From an uncultured bacterium (GTDB lineage: Bacteria; Oederibacteriota; Oederibacteriia; Oederibacteriales; Oederibacteriaceae), in the NCBI GenBank assembly GCA_965112635.1, contig OZ218778.1, positions 1,504,001 to 1,568,000 on the forward strand: a DNA stretch of 64,000 nt. Reading direction: 5' to 3'. The notes under the pieces were generated by a model. The model worked only from the letters and a program-made list of their open reading frames with translations. It was not told the DNA's origin and did not search any database. Below, piece by piece: positions 8,976 through 18,294 of the stretch (its first letter is position 1; every line of letters begins with the position of its first letter). Both the position numbers and the translations under genes were made by a program.

Positions 8976-10964
8976 ATGAATAATTTCCAACCCCCCTATC
9001 TGGGAGCTGCGTATTATCCGGAGGACTGGCCCCAGGAGTTTGAGGACAAAGATATCACTATCATGAAAGAAGTCGGGATGAATGTGATGCGCATCGCCGA
9101 GTTTGCCTGGAGCAGTATGGAGCCCAAAGAAGGGCAGTATGATTTTGAGTGGCTGCACCGCATCGTGGACAAGCTGGGCAAGGCGGACATCGCGGTCATC
9201 ATTGGCACGCCCACCTGCACTCCGCCCATATGGCTGGTGGAAAAACACCCCGAAGTCCTGTTCATGACCGAGAACGGAGAGCGCCAGACCCACGGCGCCC
9301 GGGAGCATAGGTGCCCCAACCACCCGGTTTACCGGGACTATACCCGGCGTATCGTGACCAGGATGGGCCAGGAGTTCGGCAAGAATGACACGGTCATCGG
9401 ATGGCAGATCGACAACGAAGTTTACGGGTTCGCCAACAAGACCTGCATGTGCCCGGTCTGCATGGAACTGTTCGCCAAGTGGATGGAAAAAAAATATAAG
9501 ACCATCGACGCCCTGAACAAAGCCTGGTGCAACGCTCTGTGGAGCCAGACTTACCAGTCCTTTTCCCAGCTGCCCAAACCTGAGGAAAAGATATGGCACC
9601 ATCCGGCCCTGACAGCGGCGTGGCGGGAGTTCCACTCTGTTTCCTACGCGGATTTCGTCAAGTTCCAGGCGGACATTTTGCACAAGCTGGTCAAACAGCC
9701 TGTGGGCACGGACATGATGCCCACGCCGGGACTGGATTACGGGACCATGCACCAGAGCCTGGATATCGTGGAGCACAACCACTACCACAATATGACCAAC
9801 CTCTGGGAAGCCCCCTTTTGGTACGACATGATACGGCCCCTCAAAAAAGTCCCTTTTTGGAACACCGAAACCCAGACCACCTGGTCAGCCGGCGTTTATA
9901 TCCGGGACGGCTATAAAGAGCCCGGGTGGGGCGTAGCCAACTCCTGGATGCCCATTGCCCTGGGCGGGGAAGCCAATCTTTACTGGCTCTGGCGCCAGCA
10001 CTATGCCGGGCAGGAGCTGGAGCACGGGGCCGTCATCACGACCCAAGGCCGGTTCATGTATCCGGTGGAGGAGGTCAAAAATATCGCCAGGGGTTTTGTG
10101 GCGGCACGGGAGTTCATCAACGACACCAGACCCGTCAAGACCGGGATCGCCATGCATTTTTCCCACCGGGCTTCGTGGATGATGGACGAACAGCCTCTGA
10201 TCCAGAAATTCAACTACATGCGTTACCTCCTGGAAAAGGTTTATCATCCCATGATCCAGAGCCAACTGCGACCTGATGTCATCCTGCCCGCTTTGGAAAT
10301 GAGCCCCTACAAAATGATCGTGTCCCCGTTCCTGATGACCCTGGAGATGGACGGCCTCAAACAACTGCTGAAACAGTGGATAGAGGACGGCGGGATCTGG
10401 GTGGCCGGGCCAGCCACGGATATCCGCAATATCGACGGTGGCAAATATTTTCACGCGCCTTTTGGCGTCTTGGAGGACTGGGCCGGGGTTACCTGCAAGT
10501 TCAGCCTGCCGGGCCTGCCCCGCGAATTTAAAGTGAACTGGGGCGGAGGCAAAATTTCCCAGGGTTCTTACTGGTATGATGCCCTGGTGCCCAAACCAGG
10601 CACCAAAGCTCTGGCTACTTATAAAGAAGGGCCTATGGCCGGGTCAGCGGCGGTCACATACCGCAAAATGGGTAAGGGCGCAGTGGTGCTTTTAGGCACC
10701 CTGCCTCAGCCGGCGGATTTGCAGGCTTTGCTGGCCAAACTGGCCAAAGAAGCGGGAGTAGAAACTTCAGCCAAAGCCTCGCCGAACCTGATGGTCGTGC
10801 CGCGCAAGGGCTCCACATATGAGGGACTGATGGTGGTGGAGCATGAAAACAAGCCGGCTACCCTGTCGCTCAAAAAACCCATGGTCAACCTTTTGGACGG
10901 CAAGACCTACAAGGGCAATATTAAGGTCAAACCCTACCAGGTGATGGTGCTCAGCCTCCGGTAA
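8976..10964 (+). CDS. Beta-galactosidase, GH42
   Basis: GAAYYPEDWP, RIAEFAWS.MEP.EG.YDF.WL, WQIDNE (acid/base), Cys cluster CMCPVC, trimerisation domain; RBS AAGGAGG. Confidence 0.9.
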   Translation: MNNFQPPYLGAAYYPEDWPQEFEDKDITIMKEVGMNVMRIAEFAWSSMEPKEGQYDFEWLHRIVDKLGKADIAVIIGTPTCTPPIWLVEKHPEVLFMTENGERQTHGAREHRCPNHPVYRDYTRRIVTRMGQEFGKNDTVIGWQIDNEVYGFANKTCMCPVCMELFAKWMEKKYKTIDALNKAWCNALWSQTYQSFSQLPKPEEKIWHHPALTAAWREFHSVSYADFVKFQADILHKLVKQPVGTDMMPTPGLDYGTMHQSLDIVEHNHYHNMTNLWEAPFWYDMIRPLKKVPFWNTETQTTWSAGVYIRDGYKEPGWGVANSWMPIALGGEANLYWLWRQHYAGQELEHGAVITTQGRFMYPVEEVKNIARGFVAAREFINDTRPVKTGIAMHFSHRASWMMDEQPLIQKFNYMRYLLEKVYHPMIQSQLRPDVILPALEMSPYKMIVSPFLMTLEMDGLKQLLKQWIEDGGIWVAGPATDIRNIDGGKYFHAPFGVLEDWAGVTCKFSLPGLPREFKVNWGGGKISQGSYWYDALVPKPGTKALATYKEGPMAGSAAVTYRKMGKGAVVLLGTLPQPADLQALLAKLAKEAGVETSAKASPNLMVVPRKGSTYEGLMVVEHENKPATLSLKKPMVNLLDGKTYKGNIKVKPYQVMVLSLR

Positions 10965-10989
10965 AAGTCGAACAAGGGGAGAGTCCTGA

Positions 10990-12660
10990 GTGGCCGAAAG
11001 AGTTTGGCTGAAATCTTATGATCCACAGGTAAAGCAGGAGTTTTCTTTTCCAGACCTGACCCTGCCGCAAATGCTGGAGCGGACCTGTCAGCTGTGGCCG
11101 AAACAAACCGCCTTTGATTTTTTCGGTTTTCGGATGAGCTATGCCAAGCTCCAGGAGCAAGTATGGAGCATGGCCCAGGGTTTGGCCGGCCTGGGGGTCA
11201 AAAAGGGTGACCGGGTGGGCATTATCCTGCCCAACTGTCCGCAGGCGGTCATTGGTTTTTACGCGGCCTTAAGCCTGGGCGCCAGCGTGGTCCAGCACAA
11301 TCCCCTGTATTCCGAAGAGGAGCTGGAAGCCCAGCTCATTGATGCCGGGGTCACCAGCCTCATTGTCCTGGACCAGTTGTATCCCAAGATCAAGTCCATT
11401 AGGTCCAGGACCAAGCTGCGGCACATCCTGGTCTGCCGCGTTTCTGAATATTTGCCTTTCACTTTACGGTGCTGCCTGGGTGTCGCCAACCTGTTCAAGA
11501 AAAAGCGGGACAGGGTCGGGAAAGAACCGGGAGTCTATTCCTGGAAAAAATTCCTGAAAAAGCACTGGCCCCTGCGTCCGGCCGTGCAGTTCAAACCCGG
11601 CCATGTCGCCCTCATCCAGTACACGGGCGGGACCACGGGAGTTTCCAAGGGCGCTTTGCTGACCCACCGCAACCTGGTGGCCAACGCGGTCCAGAGCCGG
11701 TCCTGGGTCTGGGATATGCAGGAAGGCCGCGAGTCCATGCTTTGCGTGGCGCCTTTTTTCCACTGCTACGGCCTGACCGTGGGCATGAATTTGGGGATTT
11801 ACGCGGGCTGCACCCTGGTATTGCTCCCGCAATTCCAGGTCTATCAGGTCTTAAAAACGATAGAACGGACCCGGGCGAGCGTTTTTCCAGGCATCCCGGC
11901 CATGTACAATGTCATCAACAACGCGGCCCATGTGAAAAGGTATGATATTACCTGCGTCCGCTACTGTATTTCCGGGGCCGCGCCATTGCCTCTGGAGGTA
12001 GCTGAAAAGTTCGAAGAGCTGACCGGAGGCAGGCTGGTGGAAGGTTTCGGCCTGACCGAAGCCTCGCCCGTAACCCATTGCAATCCCCTGGGAGGAACGC
12101 GTAAAAAGGGGTCCATTGGCGTGCCTTTGCCCGGGACTGAGGCGGCTATCCTGGATATGGAACAGGGGGGCAGGGAGCTCAAACCAGGAGAGGTGGGGGA
12201 GATGGTCGTCAGGGGGCCTCAGGTGATGAAAGGATACTGGAACAGGGAAAGCGAGAACAAAACCTCCCTGCGGGACGGCTGGCTTTTTACCGGAGACTTG
12301 GCCATGATGGATGAAGAGGGCTATTTTTTCATCAAGGAACGCAAAAAGGACCTGATCAAATGCGGAGGAGAGAATGTGTATCCCGGTGAAGTAGAGGCCG
12401 TCCTTTTGAAACACCCCAAGGTAAAAGAGACCGTGGTCTTCGGCGTCCCCGAAAAATTCCACGGCGAGGTGGTCAAGGCCCTGGTGGTGCTCCAAGAGGG
12501 CGAGAGCGAAGAAGCCCACGCCATCCAGCATTTTTGCCGGCAGCATCTGGCGAAATTTGAAGTACCCCGGGTCATCGAGATCGTCAGCGAAATACCCCAT
12601 AAGGACCTGCTGGGCAAAGTACGGCGCAGGAAGTTGAGGGAGGAGGCGGCAAGACCATGA
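10990..12660 (+). CDS. fadD: Long-chain-fatty-acid--CoA ligase (FadD-like)
   Basis: YTGGTTGVSKG AMP-binding motif, EGFGLTE, GWLFTGD, C-terminal GK. Confidence 0.9.
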   Translation: MAERVWLKSYDPQVKQEFSFPDLTLPQMLERTCQLWPKQTAFDFFGFRMSYAKLQEQVWSMAQGLAGLGVKKGDRVGIILPNCPQAVIGFYAALSLGASVVQHNPLYSEEELEAQLIDAGVTSLIVLDQLYPKIKSIRSRTKLRHILVCRVSEYLPFTLRCCLGVANLFKKKRDRVGKEPGVYSWKKFLKKHWPLRPAVQFKPGHVALIQYTGGTTGVSKGALLTHRNLVANAVQSRSWVWDMQEGRESMLCVAPFFHCYGLTVGMNLGIYAGCTLVLLPQFQVYQVLKTIERTRASVFPGIPAMYNVINNAAHVKRYDITCVRYCISGAAPLPLEVAEKFEELTGGRLVEGFGLTEASPVTHCNPLGGTRKKGSIGVPLPGTEAAILDMEQGGRELKPGEVGEMVVRGPQVMKGYWNRESENKTSLRDGWLFTGDLAMMDEEGYFFIKERKKDLIKCGGENVYPGEVEAVLLKHPKVKETVVFGVPEKFHGEVVKALVVLQEGESEEAHAIQHFCRQHLAKFEVPRVIEIVSEIPHKDLLGKVRRRKLREEAARP

Positions 12661-13616
12661 ATAGGCTTATCACCACGGTAACTTTGAACCCCACCTGGGA
12701 TTACCGCCTGCGGGTGGACAAGCTTTATCCCGGCCAAGTGCATGTGGCCAATATGCACCAGCTTTACCCAGGCGGCAAGGGCATCAATGTGGCCAGGGCT
12801 CTCAGGCGCCTGGGCATGCCTGTGCTAGCTACGGGGCTGGCCGGAAGCCAGGAACTGAGAGAGTACGCCAAGACCCTCAGGGATGGAGAGAAGATACGCA
12901 ACGATTTTTGCGGAGTGCCCGGCCAGATCAGGAGATGCGTGCTGCTCAATGACCAATTCCGGGGGGAGGACACAGTCATCAACCTGCCTTCCTTATTCAA
13001 AGTCCAAGCCAGGCATTTCCAAGACCTGCTCAAAAAAGTTGAACGCTACGCCGGGCAAAGCGACCTGGTCACTTTTTCCGGTACTTTGGCCCAGAATATG
13101 CGGCCGGATTCTTACGCCCAGCTGATAGAGGCCGCGCACCGGGCCGGGGCCATCGCTTTTCTGGACATCAGGGAAAAACCTCTTCTGCTGGCCTTGCCTA
13201 AAAATCCTTTTCTGGTCAAACTGACCCAAAAAGAATATGAAAAAACATTCGGCAGTAAGTTGTCTGGCGGCTTTAAATCAAAGGTAAAAGCTCTGGTCAG
13301 GCTGAGACAGATGGGCGCGGAGATGGTGCTGATGACTTTGGGAGAAAAAGGGAGCTTGTGCCTGGCTGGAAGGGAAGTGTGGCGGGCTTGGACCACCCAA
13401 AAAATATCCGGGGCCGCGGCCACCGGTTCAGGCGACGCTTTTTTGGCGGGGTTTTGCAAGGCTTACCTGGAAAAACAGACCCTGGCTGAGGTGCTGCGAT
13501 ATGCCACGGCCACGGCCATTTCCAGCCTCCTGAATCTGGGTTCAGGGTTTGTCCAGCCCAGGCAGGTCCAGGAATGGGTCAAGCGGGTCAAAGTGCAGCG
13601 GGTCGCGAAGATTTGA
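12657..13616 (+). CDS. 1-phosphofructokinase / tagatose-6-phosphate kinase family hexose kinase
   Basis: TVTLNP, GGKGINVA, TGSGDAFLAG; ATGA overlap with the ligase. Confidence 0.85.
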   Translation: MNRLITTVTLNPTWDYRLRVDKLYPGQVHVANMHQLYPGGKGINVARALRRLGMPVLATGLAGSQELREYAKTLRDGEKIRNDFCGVPGQIRRCVLLNDQFRGEDTVINLPSLFKVQARHFQDLLKKVERYAGQSDLVTFSGTLAQNMRPDSYAQLIEAAHRAGAIAFLDIREKPLLLALPKNPFLVKLTQKEYEKTFGSKLSGGFKSKVKALVRLRQMGAEMVLMTLGEKGSLCLAGREVWRAWTTQKISGAAATGSGDAFLAGFCKAYLEKQTLAEVLRYATATAISSLLNLGSGFVQPRQVQEWVKRVKVQRVAKI

Positions 13617-13683
13617 TGCTTTCCATGAACAAAATGGGTTAGAATGCAAACAATATTGGAAATTGCCTGAAAGGAATAAACTT

Positions 13684-13797
13684 CCCCGCCCCAAGTGGCG
13701 GGGTATTCGTAAGGAGGAATTTATGATGTTTGTTACTCCTCCGCCTTCGGCTTCGGGCTACCATTCATCCCCGCCGCAAGCGGCGGGGTATTCTGGC
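13684..13797. repeat. Paired GC-rich hairpins, IS200/IS605-end-like miniature element
   Basis: CCCCGCC-ccaagt-GGCGGGG-TATTC (13684-13708) and CCCCGCCGC-aa-GCGGCGGGG-TATTC (13769-13793) in direct orientation. Confidence 0.6.
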
Positions 13798-13812
13798 AGT
13801 AGTAATAATGTC

Positions 13813-14889
13813 TTGTTCAAAAGCCGCGTGGTTTTGTTAGCAGTCCTGCTCCTGCTTGCCTTTGCTCCGGTAATGCAAGCAACCGAATCCGACGAATCCG
13901 ATACACCGTTCAAAGCCGTCGTGTCCGGCTTAAAGGCCTATAACAGGGAAGGCCAGACTTTCCTCACCTGGGACCAGGCCCCGGAAGCGCAGGCCTACCG
14001 GCTGTATTGTTCCAGCAAACCTATCAATTCCGAGAACGCCGCCAAGGCCAAGGTTTTAGTCCCCAACATCCCCAAAAACAGCAGCCAGACCAACCTCACA
14101 GGCTGGCCTTTGGACACTTTTACCCTGTCGGACATGGGTGAGCCTTTGGTGGTCAACAAGGGGCTATGCGTGGTCAAGGCCGAGCGGGAAGCCAAAGTCT
14201 ACTACGCCGTCACCTGCCTCAACGTGGCCGGGGAAGAGTATCGCTCATTCAAGCTGAGGAGGAATTCCCTGTCCAGCCCTGTCCGGGAAAAGACCGGGCC
14301 GGGCAAACCCGTGCTCCAGCGGCTCGCGGACGCGGGGGGCAAGGGAGAGCAGGAGTTCAGCTATGTCCTTTGGCTGGGCCAGGCAGCACCCCTGCAGCCG
14401 ATGTTTTTCAGGATCATGCTGGGACCCAATTTCAGCGGGGTCCTGGAGCATCCCCTGATGGTTTTTTGCGGTTCTACCAGCGCGGACCTTCATTATCCAC
14501 CCCAGTCTGTCTACGTATACTTGGACCAGATGGGCCAGGCCGACGAGGTCAAGGACGCGGTTTTGCCCTGGCTGGCCAATGAATACCATGCGGATAAAGA
14601 AAAAGTCTTTGTTTTCGGCGCCCAGGGCGGAGCCGGTTCTGCTCTGAGTTTGGCCAGCGCCAAAAAGAAGCTTTTTTTCACGGCCGGCGTCATCAACGAC
14701 CCTTTATTCAGTGAGTCTGACCTGGCCCTTTTGAGAGATGGGCAAACCGCGCTTCCTCCTCTTTACTTTTTCCTGGACCCGCCAGAGCAGGTCAAAAAAT
14801 CTTTGGAACAGGGCAAACGGCACTATGAGGTCTTTGTGGAAGCGGACAAGAACAAGGTTTTTGAAGCCAAACCAGCAGGGAATCCCTGA
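13813..14889 (+). CDS. Secreted hypothetical protein (GQTFLTW Ig/FN3-like domain + degenerate alpha/beta-hydrolase-like region)
   Basis: Signal peptide follows TTG 13813; alternative ATG at 13723; GAQGG lies where a GxSxG would be expected. Confidence 0.55.
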   Translation: MFKSRVVLLAVLLLLAFAPVMQATESDESDTPFKAVVSGLKAYNREGQTFLTWDQAPEAQAYRLYCSSKPINSENAAKAKVLVPNIPKNSSQTNLTGWPLDTFTLSDMGEPLVVNKGLCVVKAEREAKVYYAVTCLNVAGEEYRSFKLRRNSLSSPVREKTGPGKPVLQRLADAGGKGEQEFSYVLWLGQAAPLQPMFFRIMLGPNFSGVLEHPLMVFCGSTSADLHYPPQSVYVYLDQMGQADEVKDAVLPWLANEYHADKEKVFVFGAQGGAGSALSLASAKKKLFFTAGVINDPLFSESDLALLRDGQTALPPLYFFLDPPEQVKKSLEQGKRHYEVFVEADKNKVFEAKPAGNP

Positions 14890-14900
14890 AAGGAACTTTA

Positions 14901-15866
14901 ATGCACAAGACAGGGCTGGTGTTCCATAAGGATTTTATGAAACATTACACGGGCGAGCATCCGGAAAAGCCGGAGCGCCTGGAGTGGATCGACCGCTGCC
15001 TGCAGGAGAACAAGATGGCGGAGCATTTTACTCCCCTGGAATTCTCCGAAGCCGGGATGGAACAGCTGCTGGCAGTCCACTACAAGGACTATATCAGCGA
15101 GGTGGAGGGTATGAGCCGGAGCGGGGGCGGGTATCTGGACCCGGATACACCGGTCAGCCCGGATTCCTACAGGGTGGCCAGGATGGCCTCCGGAGGATGC
15201 ATGGCCGCGGCCAGCGCCGTGATAGAAAAAAAGGTCCGTAATGCCCTGTGCCTCATCCGGCCGCCGGGACATCATGCCAGGAAAGGCACGGGCATGGGGT
15301 TTTGCCTGTTCAACAACGCGGCAGTGACAGCACGGGCCATGCAGGCCAAATACGGCCTAAAAAAAGTCCTCATCATTGACTGGGACGTGCATCACGGCAA
15401 CGGCACCCAGGAGATATTTTACGATGACCCGGCGGTGTTCTATTTTTCCACGCACCTTTATCCTTTTTATCCGGGCACGGGCTCGCCTGAAGAAACAGGA
15501 AGGGGTGACGCCGAGGGGACGACCCTCAATGTGCCGTTTTCGCATGGAGCGGATGAGGATGAATTTAAGGTTGCTTTCAAGAAAAAATTATTTCCCGCGG
15601 CAGAAAAATTCAAGCCGGAGTTGGTCATTATTTCCGCGGGCTTTGACAGCCACAGGGAAGACCCCCTGGGCGGGCTGGGGCTGACCTGCCAGAGCTTTTA
15701 TGAGCTGACCAGGATGGTCATGGAGTTCGCGGATACGGTTTGCGAGGGCAGGGTGCTGTCCGTGCTGGAGGGAGGCTATCACCCCAAATTCCTTCCTTTG
15801 TGCGTACTGGCCCACGCGGACGCCCTGACCGGATCAAAACAAAAGACAGTTTATAAAGATATTTAA
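14901..15866 (+). CDS. Zn-dependent histone-deacetylase-family amidohydrolase (AcuC/HdaH-like)
   Basis: HPE.PERL, RPPGHHA, GFC.FNN, DWDVHHGNGT, SAGFD, LEGGY. Confidence 0.93.
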   Translation: MHKTGLVFHKDFMKHYTGEHPEKPERLEWIDRCLQENKMAEHFTPLEFSEAGMEQLLAVHYKDYISEVEGMSRSGGGYLDPDTPVSPDSYRVARMASGGCMAAASAVIEKKVRNALCLIRPPGHHARKGTGMGFCLFNNAAVTARAMQAKYGLKKVLIIDWDVHHGNGTQEIFYDDPAVFYFSTHLYPFYPGTGSPEETGRGDAEGTTLNVPFSHGADEDEFKVAFKKKLFPAAEKFKPELVIISAGFDSHREDPLGGLGLTCQSFYELTRMVMEFADTVCEGRVLSVLEGGYHPKFLPLCVLAHADALTGSKQKTVYKDI

Positions 15867-15900
15867 ATTTGTAACAAATTATATTGGTGCACGCAATATT

Positions 15901-16007
15901 TCCTCCCCTTTGTACGCCAAAGGCGCGCAGAGCGACGGGAGGTAGGTGGGTTAGAACGGTAGAAAGTTCTACCTCCCCTTTGTCCCCTCCTTACAAAGGA
16001 GGGGAGA
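15901..16007. repeat. REP-like nested palindromic element
   Basis: Hairpin TCCCCTCCTT-aca-AAGGAGGGGA (15983-16005); GGGAGGTAG (15937-45) pairs with CTACCTCCC (15969-77); CCTCCCCTTTGT occurs twice. Confidence 0.6.
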
Positions 16008-16044
16008 GTTTCTTGTATTGTGTCGTTAGAAAAGGAGTATTACA

Positions 16045-16467
16045 TTGTCTAATAATGAGGAATGGCAAGATGACGGGATGTGCTTTGTCTGCGGTAAGAA
16101 AAACGAGGACGGCTTAAAGCTGGATTTCACCATTGACGAGCACAAGGTCATCCGGACGCAATGCGCATTCCCCAAAAAACTGCAGGGCTATGCTAATGTA
16201 GTGCACGGAGGATTTTTGGGGATGGTGCTGGATGAGGTCATGGTCAATCTTCCTTATAGGATGGAGAAAGTGCCGGTGGTGAGCGCGGAGTTCACAGTCA
16301 GGCTGAAAAAACCGGTCATGGTGGGCGAGACAGTCCATTTCAAAGCCTGGATCGTCAGGCATTTGCGGCGGTATTATGAAATAGAAAGCGAGGCGGCGTT
16401 AGATAGCGGTGAGGTCGTGGCGACCGCCTCTTCCAAATGTTTCCGGGTAGAGATGAAGAATCCATAA
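16045..16467 (+). CDS. PaaI-family (hotdog) thioesterase
   Basis: CFVCG..N..GL, QGY..VVHGG...VLDE; RBS AAGGAG before TTG. Confidence 0.88.
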   Translation: MSNNEEWQDDGMCFVCGKKNEDGLKLDFTIDEHKVIRTQCAFPKKLQGYANVVHGGFLGMVLDEVMVNLPYRMEKVPVVSAEFTVRLKKPVMVGETVHFKAWIVRHLRRYYEIESEAALDSGEVVATASSKCFRVEMKNP

Positions 16468-16505
16468 AAACACCATATTTTACCGCATAAAATTTGTTTA
16501 AATAT

Positions 16506-16523
16506 TTATACAAATATGTATAA
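16506..16523. promoter_or_regulatory. Putative operator palindrome upstream of the wHTH gene
   Basis: TTATACA-aata-TGTATAA, overlapping a TATAAT hexamer in an AT-rich intergenic region. Confidence 0.4.
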
Positions 16524-16551
16524 TTTGTTATACGTTATTTAAGGTGAAAAT

Positions 16552-16914
16552 ATGGCCAATAATCACATTTTGGATAAGGTCCTGGGACAGGGTTCCAGAC
16601 TGGCTTTACTCAGGGATCTGTACTTTGCCCGGGGCCCGCTGTCCGGCCGGGGAGCAGCCAGCCTGGCCAGGCTGAGTCCCAGGGCCGGCCATCTGAGCCT
16701 GGCCAATCTGGTCAAGCTGGGGCTGGTCAGCCAGACTGCCAAAGGAAACAAATTACTTTTTATCCTAAACCGTGAGAATCCCCTTGTAAAATCATATCTT
16801 AGCCCGCTTTTTGAGTATGAGCGTAACCAGGAAATGGGCCTAAAACAGGGATTTCCCGGGGTTGAGCCTGAAAAGGGCTTAAATAATGGGCAAAAATTAA
16901 ATGATACACCATAA
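16552..16914 (+). CDS. Winged-helix protein, resembling the N-terminal HTH of wHTH-nucleotidyltransferase antitoxins; possibly truncated
   Basis: LSGR..A.LA.LSP......L.NLVKLGLV.....G....F.LNREN.LV...L.PLF.YE pattern; no NTase GS/DxD domain follows. Confidence 0.55.
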   Translation: MANNHILDKVLGQGSRLALLRDLYFARGPLSGRGAASLARLSPRAGHLSLANLVKLGLVSQTAKGNKLLFILNRENPLVKSYLSPLFEYERNQEMGLKQGFPGVEPEKGLNNGQKLNDTP

Positions 16915-17483
16915 ACTCCCAGACCAAAACAATCAAATATCACTACGCCATGGACCTGAATAATATGCGCACCCATTTGCAGATGCAGGCCGGGAATATG
17001 CCCATGGACATCATCGTTGACGGCACCGAGATATCAATAAAAGGGAAGGACGGGGCGTGGCATAAGAAAGAGCAGTCGGCAAAAACCAAAGAGATCTTGA
17101 AAAATCTTTTAGGGGAGAATTTTAGTAAGCAGGACCTGAAGGATATAACCAAAAATTATGAGATAAAGCGGAACAGGGCCAAGGACGGATGGTTCGGCAG
17201 AAGCAGAGCGGTTGATTTCACACCTAAAGGCAAACTCAAGCCATTCGCAAAGAAAACGAGCTGGATTGATCCTGACACCGGACTCACCATGGAATCGGTG
17301 CACTATGATGCCAACGGTAATGAGCTTGTCCATCACAAGGTGAAGAACCATCAAAATATTTCCGGCGTAGAGATCGGCACCGAATATGAAACCGACAGCC
17401 AGACAGCCGTGGGCAAAGCCCACAGCCATACGGTCATACAAAATGTCAGCGTAAACCAGAATATAGATAGTGAGTTCAGGTAA
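16905..17483 (+). pseudogene. LolA-like / lipoprotein-sorting fold protein lacking its N-terminus
   Basis: WID..TGL......YD.NG and final V.VNQNID..F pattern; frame is open only from 16905 (TGA at 16902); no signal peptide or RBS at ATG 16950. Confidence 0.45.
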
Positions 17484-17514
17484 TAAAAGATTTTAAAAAG
17501 GGGGAAAGAACATA

Positions 17515-18291
17515 ATGAAAAAGAAAATAATGGTTTTAGGAATAATCGTATTTTTGTTACCGCTTTTCATCAAACTCTCTCAGATTTTTGCTGATAACTT
17601 ACAGCCGAAACCAATTCCTGAAGATTTAATAGGTTATGACCCTGGTTCAGAAAATGACAAGAAGTTTTGGGATGAATTTGTCCATGGAAACCAGGAAGAA
17701 ATTCATCCACTTTTTATATTTCAATTTATTGCTGCGGGAAGTAGCGAAGATGTCTCGGAAAACATTGAATTTGTAATTAAGAAAAGCGGAATTAATCAAA
17801 GTGAAGAAAATGTCAAACTTCTTAAAGATTTTGCTGAAACCCTAAAATGGCAATGGATTTATTTAAGTGGTGTTGATAGAAACCCGAAACATTATGGGCC
17901 ACTTTTAAAAGATAACCTTAAAAAATTAGAAGGTCTATCTGAGGAATTTTTTAAGAAATTTAGTAGAAAAGAAAGGGTACATTTGTATTGCACTATTGAA
18001 TGGTTGTATGGGGCTAGCCGGGAGATGGAGCAAGATAAAAAGCCCTTTTCAAAAGTAAATAAAATATTACCCTCAGATTTAAACCCCAAAGGAATTGAGT
18101 CATTACGTAAACATTTTTCCAGGAAAAATAATAAATTAGCTGAAGACTATGCGGATACTGTTGCTTTTGTCAGGAGCAGGCAATATCCAGATGATCTTCC
18201 ATGGAAACAAAGGGATTCCTATATTAAGATGCGAAAGAGTAATAGAAAAAATTATCTTAATAATCTTAAATCATTTGAGTGGGAGAAATAG
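17515..18291 (+). CDS. Hypothetical exported protein, AT-rich
   Basis: 258-aa ORF, MKKK + hydrophobic N-terminus, purine-rich RBS. Confidence 0.65.
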   Translation: MKKKIMVLGIIVFLLPLFIKLSQIFADNLQPKPIPEDLIGYDPGSENDKKFWDEFVHGNQEEIHPLFIFQFIAAGSSEDVSENIEFVIKKSGINQSEENVKLLKDFAETLKWQWIYLSGVDRNPKHYGPLLKDNLKKLEGLSEEFFKKFSRKERVHLYCTIEWLYGASREMEQDKKPFSKVNKILPSDLNPKGIESLRKHFSRKNNKLAEDYADTVAFVRSRQYPDDLPWKQRDSYIKMRKSNRKNYLNNLKSFEWEK

Positions 18292-18294
18292 ATT

